A stretch of DNA of 63,924 bases, counting the filler, from Octopus bimaculoides (taxonomy: Eukaryota), in assembly GCF_001194135.2 (NCBI RefSeq). It is 7 parts of 7 records of this genome, joined end to end, with 100 filler letters (N's around TTAATTAATTAA, not from the genome) between each part and the next. Parts side by side here need not be neighbours in the genome. Positions count along the whole stretch, not along the records: positions 12,374 to 39,161 come from NC_068987.1; 6 more parts are not named here. One strand, given 5' to 3'. Below are positions 14,366 through 27,559 of this stretch, piece after piece (positions within the stretch are counted from its first letter, which is position 1; each line of letters begins with the position of its first letter). The translations under genes and the position numbers were made by a program. The notes under the pieces are model-generated. The model worked only from the letters and a program-made list of their open reading frames with translations, was not told the origin of the DNA and did no database searches.

Positions 14366-14870
14366 ATCACAATTATAACGGACAGGGTTGCAAAAACTAC
14401 TATAAAGCTGCTATAATTAATCATATTCTATCTCTTCACATTAGAGCTGTCGGCGGACGACATAACATAAAATTCACAACTTAAAGATAAAAGGTTAATT
14501 CTCTATTGCAATTTCGTTGTTAGGAAAATAACGGTTCCACTTTTCTCTTCAGGAGAATATTCCTATACATACAAATTGACACAAAATATACCTTCGAGTT
14601 TACGTGTGTCCCGCCCGGCAAGAATAATGTGTCAACCTCTATCTACACTTTCTCCTGAATAGAAAAGTGGAACCGTTATATTCCTAACTTCAGAATTGCC
14701 ATAGAGAGTTAACTTTTACTCGTAAGTTGTGAAATTTATGTCATGTCGCCCTCCGACAGCTTTATTGTAAAGAGATAGAATATGAGTGTTTATAGTTGCT
14801 TTATAGTAGTTTTTACTACCATTTCTAGACATGCAATGGTTTTTGTGATCGTCTCCGTTATAATTGTGAT
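14366..14870. mobile_element. Fold-back/MITE-like element with long imperfect inverted arms
   Basis: 14366-14557 aligns to the reverse complement of 14650-14870 (atcacaattataacgg..., gctgtcgg, aacggttccacttttct..caggagaa). TA lies near both ends; no coding capacity. Confidence 0.7.
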
Positions 14871-16639
14871 GTACACGTATGTGCATTAATCTAGATTCAT
14901 CAATTTACCAGTAGGGACCAAACCTGTTTCAAGAAAATAGATATTTTAGTGGTAAATCTTATGCAGCCTAATATATTTTTTCGTCTATTTGAGTGCGGAA
15001 TCTTAAAATAATTTGAAGGCTGTACTTGCATGTCCCTGCATCGAGCAGCTGCCATACAGAAATTAAGGGTTTAAAAGGACTTTATTTAATCCTACGTGTT
15101 TGTGTGTTTTTTTGATACAACTTTAATAGTGCGCCATTTTATACACATATATCAAGAATCTTACTGTTGCATAGAAACAGAAATAGAAAATTATTTTACA
15201 TTATGGCAGATGGTCATTAATGTTTTGTTCTTTCTCTATTCTCTTTTCTAGTTTAAGTTAACTTTCCGCTAAATCAGACTACAAGCAATAAACAATAATG
15301 AATAGCACGGCAAGAATTGTGGCTGGAAGGTTTGAATTTTTCTAATGAATATTGCCTTCGTATCCGCTAAGGAAAAGCCAAGACATGCCCTCCTGTTTAT
15401 CACTATATCCAACATTTAAACTGAATTTGAGAATCTGCTGTAGACAATATTCCATACTTGGGAAGCAATATTTACAGCTGTAATGTAGATATTTTTGTCC
15501 GGATGAGACGTAGGACAGCTGCCGAGTTCTTTCCCACCACTCAACCTGTATGGCTTAGATCCATGAACTTCAAGGTGAAATTAGAACTTCACATGTCTAT
15601 TGTGGGACCAACAACTGTCTAATCCAGTAATACACTTTAGCTTGTAATCACAACAAATTTGATGTCCTCCGTAAACATTGGATACAATCAGTCTTGAGAC
15701 AATAATACATGGAAAGAGTTAAGATAGAAAATTTACAAGATACTCATTAACTAAGGTAGCGATTTGCCGTAAATGTCCGCTACCTGCCATCCATTCGGGG
15801 TCGAAAATTTAAACTATTGTTCACTGCGGCTAAGACGATGATATAGCAGAATCATTAGCATGCCCGAGGCATTTCATTACTTTTACGTTCTGAGTTCAAA
15901 TTCCGCCCATGTTGACTTTGCCTGTCATGATTTCAGGGTCGATGAAATAAGTACCAGTTGAACACTGAGGTAGATGAAATCAACTTAAAACCTCCCTTAC
16001 AATTGCTAGCTTTGTGTCAAAATTTGAAGCCATTACCTACTGCGAATGCATGCAAGCGTATGGTCTCAGCTCACTCCGAGAAAAAAAATACATTTAACTT
16101 GATTAATAAGTTTTATGTGTTTCTAACTACAAAATATTTCTTGCATACAGATAACTTCGCACTCATTGGAGTCTCCACTTACAGAGTTTGACAAAAAAGA
16201 AGAAAAAATCAAGATGTCTGCGTTAATTTTGTTTTCTCTCTCATCATTTCATATCACGCCCCCAAAAAAGCAAGACTGAAAAGTGTACAAAGTGTACAAA
16301 ATAAAACATTTCACAGGTAGGAAACGTACAAAAATATAAAATGTTAATTTAATTGCAGCGCCAAACATCAATAACTTGCATGAATTAAAAGAAACACACA
16401 CTTTTTAACTATACCATGTAAGAATCTTGAAAATAGCAATATGCATTCACATATCGTTTCAAGAGTAAACACGAACTGCGAAATAATGTTTATTGCCAGG
16501 GTCCTTTTAAACAAATGGTCAATTAATATGGGACATTTGGCAAGAAGATCCAAAGCTGAGAATATTTTGTTCATCGGACTGGCGCCAACCTTCCATAATT
16601 GACTACAGACGCTGTGAACAAATAAACATATCTTGCCTA

Positions 16640-17160
16640 TTCCTGGTCAAATACCTTTTATGCAAACGGGAATTAGAGACGATCTTGGGAGATATGCCAA
16701 GCGAAATATTCTACACTGAGCGAGGAAGAATATACGGTATTATAAAAGTCATTTTTAAAACAGAAAACGGAGCAAAATCACAACTACAATTAGTTTGCAG
16801 GCTGGTTCCATAATATTTGGAAAGAGGAACAAAAAGTCAACATCAGAGGTATCGGTAACAATGTTGATTTTTGGTTTTGGGCTACAGAATACGGGTAGGA
16901 GACCAGTACTGATGAACTATTTAGAAGATATGTAATAGTGAGGGAACACTATGGACATATAAGTCCTAGTGAATCAGCAAGATCCGAAAACAATATCAGG
17001 ATGGTGTCGTGAAGAAATGTTGAAAGAATGACATTAATACTTAGCATCCGTAGCAGATAACCTATTTGTCACACATGTGGAGGCAAAGCTCATCTACATA
17101 GAAAACGTAAAATAGCGAAGCAACAACGAATCGAGGAAGGAGCAACATCAGACGTATCTC
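16640..17160 (+). mobile_element. Decayed gag/ORF1-like retroelement relic (CCHC knuckle remnant)
   Basis: atttgtcacacatgtggaggcaaagctcatcta = ICHTCGGKAHL at about 17064-17097; the surrounding frames are broken. Confidence 0.35.
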
Positions 17161-18339
17161 ATACCTCAGCAAATTAAAATGCCCCGTCCTTAGTTTTGGA
17201 AGGGAGGCTTGTCACTCAAAATCCCCTTCTTCCAGCTACTATTGGATAAAACAAGGAAGGTCAAGCACACCAGCAATTACAGTAACAACAGTGCACAAGA
17301 AATGAACAAAAAGCACCTATAACGACAGCTCCAGCCCATCTACTTATGAGAATGAGAACCAAACAGAGGTTGATGGGGAAAATCTGCCTTTAAAAATAAG
17401 CTTCAAAAGCCGAACAGAAAAATAAGCAAGAAAATCTTTCACAAATGTAAAACAGAATACATGTCTTGCGGTGAAAAACATTCTTATCTTATGAAGGAAA
17501 ACCAATGAACTGTTAGATGTTACTAGCGCCCGAAATGCATGAAAGGAAATTCACAGCCTTTCGCGCAAGAATAACGAATTTTTAATACAACATATATACA
17601 ATATGAACAAAGTACCTAAATGAAGTGCAGATCGAGAAGGAAATGAGATCACATATCGAACGGCTTAAAAACAACAGAAAATGAGTTCAGATTTCAGGTA
17701 CACTTTGAGAAATATTGTATTTCAGCGTTCAAAATGTCATCGTTTTTCACTTGGACGGTTTTAGAATCTTGAATTCTAAACAAATCAATGATAAAGCTCA
17801 TCACAAGTGCTATCAAGGAAGTGGGGTACCCTGATCAACTCAATTAAAGGTTTTAATTTTATATAAATATCTTTTGTCTCAATCATTATGAGTTTCATCG
17901 TAACTTTTTTGTTTATCTCGGTGTAAATTTTCGCTTTCTAAATTTTTAACTCGTCCCATTATATATTTGTATAACCTATTTCACCAGTCCCTCAGTCTTT
18001 ATATAACTTTTCTATCTCATTCCAAACGTTTTTGTTTGCTCCCTATTTCACGTTATCTTGTATTTCTCGGTATCTCTTCGAATCCTTGTAGCTACTATGA
18101 AAAAGATTTATTATCTTTATTGCTTATTTGTGCTATCTTGTTTTGAATTCTGCCCAAAACTCTGGAGTCCTTATAGCCAGTAAAAGAAATTGACAGTATT
18201 ATTATAGTTGTTGTTGTCGTTGTGGCCGTTGTGGCTATTATAGTTATTCTTGCTGCTTCTTTTATGGACTTTTTTTATTTTGTCTTTTTGATGTTTACAA
18301 ACTGGTTTTCATAAGACAATTTCTGAGACCTTAACTAAA

Positions 18340-18620
18340 ACTTCTGATATTTTATGGAAGTAAATGGAAACTGTATCATTAATGTTTGCTATATCGAAGC
18401 AATATATTATTGTTGCTATAGATGATTTGTATAACCGAGCTAGTTTGTCTCGTCTAACAAGCAAGACACAGTTAAAGCAGTGAAAGTATGGAATAAATCC
18501 AAAGAAATAACAGGCATTGGAGGGCAATTTCGGAAAAGACAAATTGCAGATAAAAGAGATAAATAATGGTCGAGTGGAAAGAATTATTGCTGCCATTAAA
18601 AGAAAATATCCAAATGTTAA
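18340..18620 (+). mobile_element. Highly decayed DDE integrase relic
   Basis: KQYIIVAIDDLYNRA (first catalytic strand-like) and NNGRVERIIAAIKR (like SNGxVERxNRTLK) in broken frames. Confidence 0.4.
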
Positions 18621-18763
18621 TTCTTCTTAGAAGCTATATAGCATAGGTATGTTGTTTATAAATGTAGTATACCTTATCTATCCACGTACTAAAATTATCT
18701 CGAGAAAGTAGTACATGTCTAGACGCACTATTCTTTCTCTCACCCTCTCCGTTCCTTCCTTCC

Positions 18764-18805
<42 letters not shown>

Positions 18806-18825
18806 NNNNNNNNNNNNNNNNNNAC

Positions 18826-18903
<78 letters not shown>

Positions 18904-19539
18904 TTGATATCAATTATATATACATACATATATTGATATCAATTTTATATACATAATGTGTGTGTGCCTGCGTGCGCGTGCGCGCGTGTGTGTGTACGTA
19001 CGTACGTACATATGCGTATATGTATGTGTGTATCATGTCCTATCTTTAATTATTTATTCCTGTCCATCTTTACCCTTGAATTATCATAGCTAAATAGGTA
19101 ATAATATATCGATATAACGTCTCATATGAAAATGCATTAATAGCATTAATATAAAACAACAACTTTGCTTTATATTTCTCATTTTTAGACAGTTCGTCTG
19201 TTCTGAAAGCGATTCGATCATAACAAGAGGTATCAATGAATGGTAGAAGCTCTTACAAAATCTAGATAGGATCAATGAAACCCTGTTTGTCTTTTGGATA
19301 GGTTGAACACGGTCCCTCAAGGTAAGCTTGATCTCTATAGTTGCATACAACACTGAATTATTGATACTATGATGTACCACCTCATTAGGTGTATGTGAAT
19401 TGGGTCATTTGATAGGAAAATATATTGGTCGTGGAGACACCGATGTACTGAAGCACATATGAACTGACAACTAGTTACTTGATTTCTTTTTATCTGTTTC
19501 TCTCTCTTTCTTTCTCTATTTCTTTCTTTCACCACCACC

Positions 19540-19639
<100 letters not shown>

Positions 19640-20875
19640 AGTGTGCTTTTCTTTCGTATTCCTTCTTCACAGTCAGAACAAAAATATTTACAAAATGTCA
19701 TAAGGCGGAAACACTCTCGTTTTGTTTTTTTTTTTTAGCTTTTTACACAACTTCCAATATTTTATAATAACGAGAGAAATATATATCTAAGACGCTAATA
19801 CATATCCCAAAGAGGATTTAAAGAGAAAATTTACGTAGTAGATTTCATGCAACACCAATTTAATACCACTGCCCTTGGCAGCCTCCTAGTTGAATGCACT
19901 CAGCGGCAATCATTCGGACCATGTCTGCAGTCTGAAAACAATTTGATCATTTTGGTGCATCGCTTCCTAGTGCAGCAACCTGTGCTGTGAGCCCTCCCTC
20001 ACTTCATTCTAGCTGTCTCAGAGGCCCTGCAAAATAATATGGGTCTTGTCCAGCTTTTTGCGACTCCATAGAAATAATAATGATGTCATAAGACTTCAAT
20101 CGGGAATCGAGACTGCATTGCAAACTCGGTTCAGCTCAAGTCAACTGAACTTGACGTTTTGTTCTCCGGCGATCTACGCCAGACAAGCTCATATTAACAA
20201 TTATCTGCCGTATGAAAGATTCGGAACAGATTTGTTTCAAATCCAATGAGAAATGATATTTTAGAAATGCTCTTATACTGTTTTCATCTTTATCTTTGAT
20301 TTCTTGTTTTCCGATTCATTTACTTTGATTCTTTTGTTGTGATTTTTTTTTTTTTGTTTTTTATCATTATTATTATTTTGAATATCTTCGGTGTGTGTAA
20401 TGAAATAAAGAAAGCTGAACAAAGTAAAAACAAATATAACAAAAAAAATAGTTTAAATGAAAGCCTTTAAACTTTATCCTGAAAGAAATGCCTCTGCAAG
20501 AGTCATGCTATGGAAATATATCATTTGGGAATGGAATTATTCGTTAATGTGATATGAGGAAGAAAGATGACCGTGTAGCGAGACGTTGTGATTAATGCTA
20601 GTGATTTGAAATCATATATCTTTCTACAATTAGGTTCTTAGTTTAAATCAGTTTCATGATATCAAGTAGAGACGATAGCGAAGTCTGAAGCAGATCAATA
20701 ATAAATGAATCAATAACCGAATGATAGGAAGTGGCATCTAAAATAACCTGCCCACAGGAGTTTGAAGAACGAAGTTTGGATGACAGATGAACTACCTCTT
20801 CGTGTTTCATTTGATATAGCCAATTGATAGCTTATGGGAATAAGTAATAACATCGTCATCATACTCATTGTCGCC

Positions 20876-20940
<65 letters not shown>

Positions 20941-21349
20941 TAATAATAATAATATTGGTTACTGAGGCTTCGCGTATACATACAAACAAGTTTTTGCAAA
21001 ATGGTTACAAAGAAATATGTGGTGTATATACTTAATAAACGGAAGAGTGACAACAACGATTTACAACATTGGAACAACAAAACAGAAAGATTAAAAATGT
21101 ATAACAATATGAAAGACATCCAAAAAGAAATTGAAAATACCACCTACAGAAAGTTATGGCACCCTGAGATCCTAATCACATTGCACTCTGGGAAAATGAT
21201 CTCCCATGACAGCAATCCTTAGGTAAAATTAAATAGCTGAATCTTTTGCACATACCAGTCTTACTGTATTTCACACACTTTTCAAAATATTTTTCTCGAG
21301 GGATCAGCATCACCAACTTCACACTTACACTCGGCTTCAAATGAAACTA

Positions 21350-21490
<141 letters not shown>

Positions 21491-21830
21491 GGAGATGGAG
21501 ATGGACAAGAAACAATGAATCAAATTATCTTTGGCTGCCCAGTCCTGGTTAAGATGGAATATATTCACGGACACGAGAGAGCTGGGACCTACATACATTG
21601 GAAGCTATGCCAACACTACGGAATAACAGCAGAAAAAAGATGGTATAGGCACACACCAGAAAAGGTCACAGAAAACGAGAAAGCAACCATGTGCTGGGAT
21701 ATGCCAATACACACAGATAGAGAAATTAAGGCCAATAGGCCAGATATAGTTGTCAGAGATCATGAACAAAAAAAAATGTTTTCTAATTGATGTATCAATA
21801 CCAGCAGATGACAACGTTTCTCTAAAAAGA
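21491..21830 (+). mobile_element. 5'-truncated R4/Dong-like LINE fragment (CCHC + RLE), directly after (TAA)n
   Basis: ETMNQIIFGCPVL..EYIHGHERAGTYIHWKLCQHYGI..RPDIVVRD; high identity to 12374-12620. Confidence 0.85.
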
Positions 21831-21837
21831 TTTTACT

Positions 21838-22760
21838 AAATGTACTTGCGCAGACTGAGCTATCAAGACCTGTGTAGTTTTACTCCTTAGACATGGGTAA
21901 TCGCATGGAATGAAGAACTAAACAACTTAGACAGAAAGTCACGGAAGTTGCTAACTAAATATGGGTCACTCCACCCAAAATGTGACACAGACAGACTGTA
22001 TGTATCAAGACAGAGAGGGGGAGAGGACTTATTGAATGCGAACACAGCAATAGAGCAGAAGAAAACAACATAGCATGGTATGTAAGAAATGCTACAAAAT
22101 TGCTATTATTAGAAGTAAGAAGTTCAGGCTTGTGTAGAATGAAAGATTTCAAAGATAAAGCACTATGCAAGAAATTAAAAACGAATGAAACAGAAAATAG
22201 GTGAGTAAAGACAAGAATGCATAGTCAATTTCATAGGGATGTTGAAGATTAGACAGACAGAGAAAAAAGTTGGCTGTGGATGACTAAAAGTGATTTAAAA
22301 CCGGAAACAGAGTCTCTAATCTGTGCTGCCCAAGAGTAAGCACTAAGAACAAACTACATAAAATACAGAATAGACAATACAGCAGAAAGTGATAAGCGCA
22401 GAATCTGTGGACAAAACGGTGAAACCGTATGGCATATTACCAGCCAAGTTATGCCACTAGCCCAGAAGGACTATATAGCCAAGCTTGTCCATTGGATATT
22501 TTGCAACAAGTATGGACTTGACAGAGCAGAAATTGGCACGACCACAAAACTGAAGGCATCGTCGAAAATAAAAATGCAAAGATCCTATGGGATTTTATGA
22601 TTCAGTGAGACCATGAGTTAGAGAATAGGAAGCCAGACATAGTCTTAATTGAGAAACAACACAAACTATGCTGGATCATAAGCACGCCCAGCTGACAACA
22701 AGGTATGCGATAAGGAAGAAGAGTTGAGAGATATGACATGTTAGCTTGGAGGTAAAGCAG
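21838..22760 (+). mobile_element. Second, older R4/Dong-like LINE fragment (post-RT to RLE)
   Basis: DRLYVSRQRGGRGLIE, WLWMTKSDLKPETESLICAAQE*ALRTNYIKYRID, CRICGQNGETVWHI and RKPDIVLI motifs, with stops. Confidence 0.8.
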
Positions 22761-23447
22761 CTGTCTCTACCCTCTTGTCCCTACCTTTAAAACGCGGGGT
22801 AGATAAAACAGGGGACAACTGATGAAGGGAATGTTTTTTATGTTGCCTGTTTCCTTTCTCTATTTGTTTCTTTCGTTGTTCGAAAAAAGTTCGCTATGTT
22901 TGTTTTTTATGTTCTCGTTTCTCATTTTGTTCACGATTTTTTGATGTCTTGTACCCATTTATGCATGTATATATACATATATATGTAGGTATGTACATAT
23001 ATGTATATATGCATATATTTATATATTTTTATTATTATATGATCGATCGCCACGTATCCATTTCCAAGTGTATATATATATATATATATATATNNNNNNN
23101 NNNNNNNNNNNNNNNNNNNNNNNNNNNNNNNNNNNNNNNNNNNNNNNNNNNNNNNNNNNNNNNNNNNNNNNNNNNNNNNNNNNNNNNNNNNNNNNNNNNN
23201 NNNNNNNNNNNNNNNNNNNNNNNNNNNNNNNNNNNNNNNNNNNNNNNNNNNNNNNNNNNNNNNNNNNNNNNNNNNNNNNNNNNNNNNNNNNNNNNNNNNN
23301 NNNNNNNNNNNNNNNNNNNNNNNNNNNNNNNNNNNNNNNNNNNNNNNNNNNNNNNNNNNNNNNNNNNNNNNNNNNNNNNNNNNNNNNNNNNNNNNNNNNN
23401 NNNNNNNNNNNNNNNNNNNNNNNNNNNNNNNNNNNNNNNNNNNNNNN

Positions 23448-23487
<40 letters not shown>

Positions 23488-23729
23488 CCTTTGGAACACG
23501 GAATTTCAAAAGAGGAGATGCTGTGCATGGAGAGTTCTTCCAACAGAGGAGACGTGTTTAAAACGCGTATTTGTAGTCAGTCACTCTGTTAAATTAATTG
23601 TTGTATTGTTGAATTGCTGTTTATTCTACTTGTTTTGTGCTGGACAACACTTTGTTTTGCTGCCTTGCGGCAGTTTTGATCACGTGTTTCCCTTTGTTTG
23701 AAAAGGGTAGCACAGAGTTAAAAAATGGA

Positions 23730-24720
23730 GTACGACTATTTGATTTCTTCCGAGGAAGAATTGCTGAAAGAAATCTCTGTGATAGGTAAAAAAGAAGAAA
23801 AAATGAATTTTGCAGCCGTGGCCAAAAGCTACAACAAAAAAAATTGATGTAAATGAACTTGGTACATACAAGAATATGTGTTGACGTAAAGGTTTCTCCT
23901 CTTCAACTGTTATTACAGAAAACCAATGAAAAAGTGATAATTTATAGAACTTACTCTGTCAAAACCAAAACATTCGAATTAATGACAATTCAAATTGAAA
24001 AGGTGGTAAAGCCCATCTCGCAGGGAATGTCATGCCTTGCCGGAGGAAGAAAGTTTGGAACGGTGGTGTTCTGGTTCTGAGATGAAACTACTGGCAGGCT
24101 ACACTCGGCAACCCCCTTAAAAAACTGAGGAGGTGGTACTTCCGTTCATATACCTTGGAAGGCGTGCTTCTGAGGTAAGGGTAGAAGACATACGCCCGGA
24201 AATAGATGTAGCTGCTATACTGCTTGACATGGAAGAAAAGGTAGAGGTCCTCCAAGCCACCAACACTGCACATAAAAATTGGCAAGGCAGAGCCTGGATA
24301 TGGTAATCCAGACCGCCCCGAAGGACTTAGAAAATATGGTGGAGACCTTAACAGTAGATGAAGTAATACTCGGGGTTTGAGTGGGGGGAAGGGTCCTTCG
24401 TTATTACAAATGTGGTTAAAAAGGCCACATTAGAGCGGGATGTCCTCCACCGCTCGTGAAGTCACAAGGGGCGCCCGTGATCGTAAAAGAAACTACACCT
24501 CCACCGCCGTTGAGAACCAGCGGAAGAGAGATCAGTACAGAGGAAGAAGGAGAAAATAAAACCAAAATCTGATGATAAACTGCAAGAAAGAAGAGAAGAA
24601 AGAGGAGAAGAAAGGCACAAACTGTTAATGATAATCCCCATCCCACACCCAGATCCACACTGCCTCACCCTTCCCTTGCAGATACTAACCTTCACCCTAC
24701 CTCACCTGACACTGACAAAT
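23730..24720 (+). mobile_element. L1/Tx1-like ORF1 (gag-like) relic with CCHC zinc knuckle
   Basis: Broken frames give YLGRRASEVRVEDIRPEIDVAAILLDMEEKVEVLQAT...GGRVLRYYKCG*KGHIRAGCP, followed by a Lys/Glu-rich tail. Confidence 0.55.
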
Positions 24721-25878
24721 TAATCTCAAGCATACAAGAGTTCCAAATTTCCCAATACTCTACTTGTGAAAAAAAAAAGTATAGAGATTTACAATGCAAA
24801 ACATGTTAAGCTATCTAAGGAGGTAGACAGTTGGGACGAGTGGATAAGGTAATCACTGTGGGGAGGTGCCCTCGCACTTAGATTGTGTGATAGTGAACTC
24901 CAAATACACATCAGGACTGGAAGAATACGAGAATAATGTTTTTCATTGGCAAATGAAAATCGACACCGGTGTATACCAATAACGTTAGATTACAACGAAC
25001 TTCTTAAAGACATTCCATATGGACATTCTATGTGGTGAAAAAGGTTTAAAAGTGTTTTAAAATAAGTAAATTATCGTGTATAACACAGATAAATGAAGCC
25101 GCCAAGATTTGGGGTCGCGTGGCTTCATTTCATTTTTCCTTTCATAATTTAATTCATCCTTTACTTTCGATATTTTTGTCCCCACATGTGTGTTTTTGTC
25201 TGTACTTCTAATGTCTTTTCTATGTTGGTCCCGTGTAGGCAATAAAGAAACATATTCGTGCTAGTTCCACAGTTCGTGTGTTGATAGTTGAAAGTTGGAG
25301 TTCAAAGTTTACAGTTTGAGTTAGCGTGTTTGATTGTTGGTTCTTAAAAGATTGTTGTTACGTCACATGTGGTTACTGCTGTTTGTTTCGATTATATCGT
25401 TATTACACTGTTGCGGCGTATTCGTTTATCCATAAGGATATAACAGTTAGGTGCGATTTGAAAGGGATTTAACTGCCTTTTCTATTATGTTGAGTGAGTT
25501 TTCAGAGAATCCATTGCGAACTATAATCTCCCTAGGTGGATAAGTACAGAGTACAAAAACATTAAGTGAAACCACTATTATTATCACTATTATTACCATT
25601 ATTATTGTTGCTTTTGTCCTTGCAGCTATCTTCTGTAGCCACGGTAACAGTGTTTTTATCATCGTTGATATTGCTACTTTATGAGATGTTGTTGTTGTTG
25701 TTGTGTCTGTAGTCACAGTAAAGAAAAGTGGTTCTTTGGCAGAGTTATTGTTGTCCTTATTGCTACTTCCTGCTTTATTGATTATGTTGTTGTTTTTATC
25801 TTTGTCCGAGCTACCTTCAGTAGCCATAGTAAGAGGATTGGCAATTGCTGCCTTTTCTGCCACTATACGTAGTAGTAC

Positions 25879-25914
<36 letters not shown>

Positions 25915-26159
25915 CAGTGACAGCAGCAGCAGCAGCAGACACTCATGTTAACATCTGTGACTACAACTTTCTCCTCAGGATTTAAACATTTTCTAATACG
26001 GCGTTTTGAGGGCAACAAATAAAAATTAATTTTTGGAAGAATATGGAAAATATATGTGACCTCTGTAACGCTTGGTTGTTCACTTTCAGAAACTAATGAT
26101 GATACTGCGTATTATTATTGTCCCTACCATTATTACAATCATTATTATCTCTACCATTA

Positions 26160-26390
26160 GGGCGGCGAGCAAGCAGAATGGTTAGCACGCCGGGCGAAAT
26201 GCTTACCGGTATTTCGTCTGCCGTTACGTTCTGAGTTCAAATTCCGCCGAGGTCGACTTTGCCTTTCATCCTTTCGGGGTCGATAAATTAAGTACCAGTT
26301 ACGTACTGGGGTCGATGTAATCGACTTAATCCGTTCGTCTGTTCTTGTTTGTTCCCTCTATGTTTAGCCCCTTGTGGGCAATAACGAAAT
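26160..26390 (+). mobile_element. SINE family B (ggcgagctggcagaat...gttctgagttcaaattccgccgaggtcgactttgcc)
   Basis: Recurrent dispersed repeat with a B-box-like gagttcaaattc. Other copies or fragments at about 11335-11480, 15846-16040, 26395-26480, 31361-31577, 38440-38640, 38655-38855 (+) and 30880-31030, 36918-37087, 58215-58377 (-). Confidence 0.75.
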
Positions 26391-26479
26391 AGGTATTTCA
26401 TCCGTCCTTACGTTGTGAGTTCAAATTAAGCTGAAGTCGACTTTGATTTCATTCTTTCTGAGTCGATAAAATAAGTACT

Positions 26480-27530
26480 ATCTGTGCTTTACAATTAGGC
26501 CAGATGATGAACACTAAGATAAAGGAGAATTTTTTTTCTTAATATATCAGAAGAGCTAAAAAAGCTATGTAGATCTAAACTCAATCTCATTAGAACCATC
26601 GACACATGGGCGGTAGGTGTCGTACGTTACTGCACAGAAGTTGTGAAATGGATGATGAAAGAACTGATCAACATGGATAGAAAACCTAAAAGGGTCATGG
26701 CTATGCTTATATGCCTTATACTATAAGTAATGTAGCAAAGCTTTAATTACGTAGAAAAGGTGGCAGAGGTCTGGTTGGAATAGGAGATAATGTTGTGAAG
26801 CAGATCAAGTCCTTGCCAATGTGAAGAATAGTGATTGCAGGTTGCACTGAGTGAGGAGGTGATCAGTGACAATGGTGAGACCCTCCAGGTGTATAATATG
26901 AGAACTAACAGAGAAAAGATGACCAGATGGAAAGAGAAAGGCTGACATGGAGAGTTCTTCCAACAAAAATCGGTTGAAGCTGATGAAGAATCCTGAGATG
27001 GTTAAGACGTGTTTTTTTAAAGAAGGAGAAAAAAGGCCTGATTCTTGGTGCTCAATAAAAAGCTTTACGAACTAACTCAACCAAGTGTGGCACTGATAAG
27101 TTAGACATATAATTAGTGGGTTCTCGAATTTGGCCCCAAAAGAGTACAAAAAACGCTATAACAATGTGGAAGTGCGAATATACTGGGACTTTTGCAGGAA
27201 ATATGGGCTAGACTGAGAAAGTGGTTTGATCTCCAGCCTTTGGCAGTAGCAAAGAGTGATCAGATGAAACTTGCATAGGATATACACAGGTAAGAAGATG
27301 CAACATGACTGACCAGGTATCACTCACCTACGGAAGAAGTCCAAAGAATGGGTCTTCATCGACGTAGCTATACTTGCAGATCAGAATATTGTGAAGACAG
27401 AACGAGAAAGTCGAGAAATACAAAGACTTAGCAGTGGAATCGGAATGAATCCATAGAGCTTCAAAAGCGAGCGCGATACCTGTTGTGATCGGTGTACATG
27501 AGACCATCTCAAAAGAAGCAAGATTCTATT
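26480..27530 (+). mobile_element. Decayed R4/Dong-like LINE (post-RT to RLE end)
   Basis: KLNLIRTIDTWAVGVVRY..WMMKELINMDRK, RKGGRGLVGI, W..LHGEFFQQ and FIDVAILAD..KVEKYKDLAVE motifs in broken frames. Confidence 0.7.
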
Positions 27531-27559
27531 AATCGGCAAAATTATTAAGAAGCTATATA

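Noticed and set aside
25447-25951. 138-aa minus ORF and overlapping plus ORFs
   Set aside because: Decayed trinucleotide repeats give low-complexity peptides; no domain or splice support.
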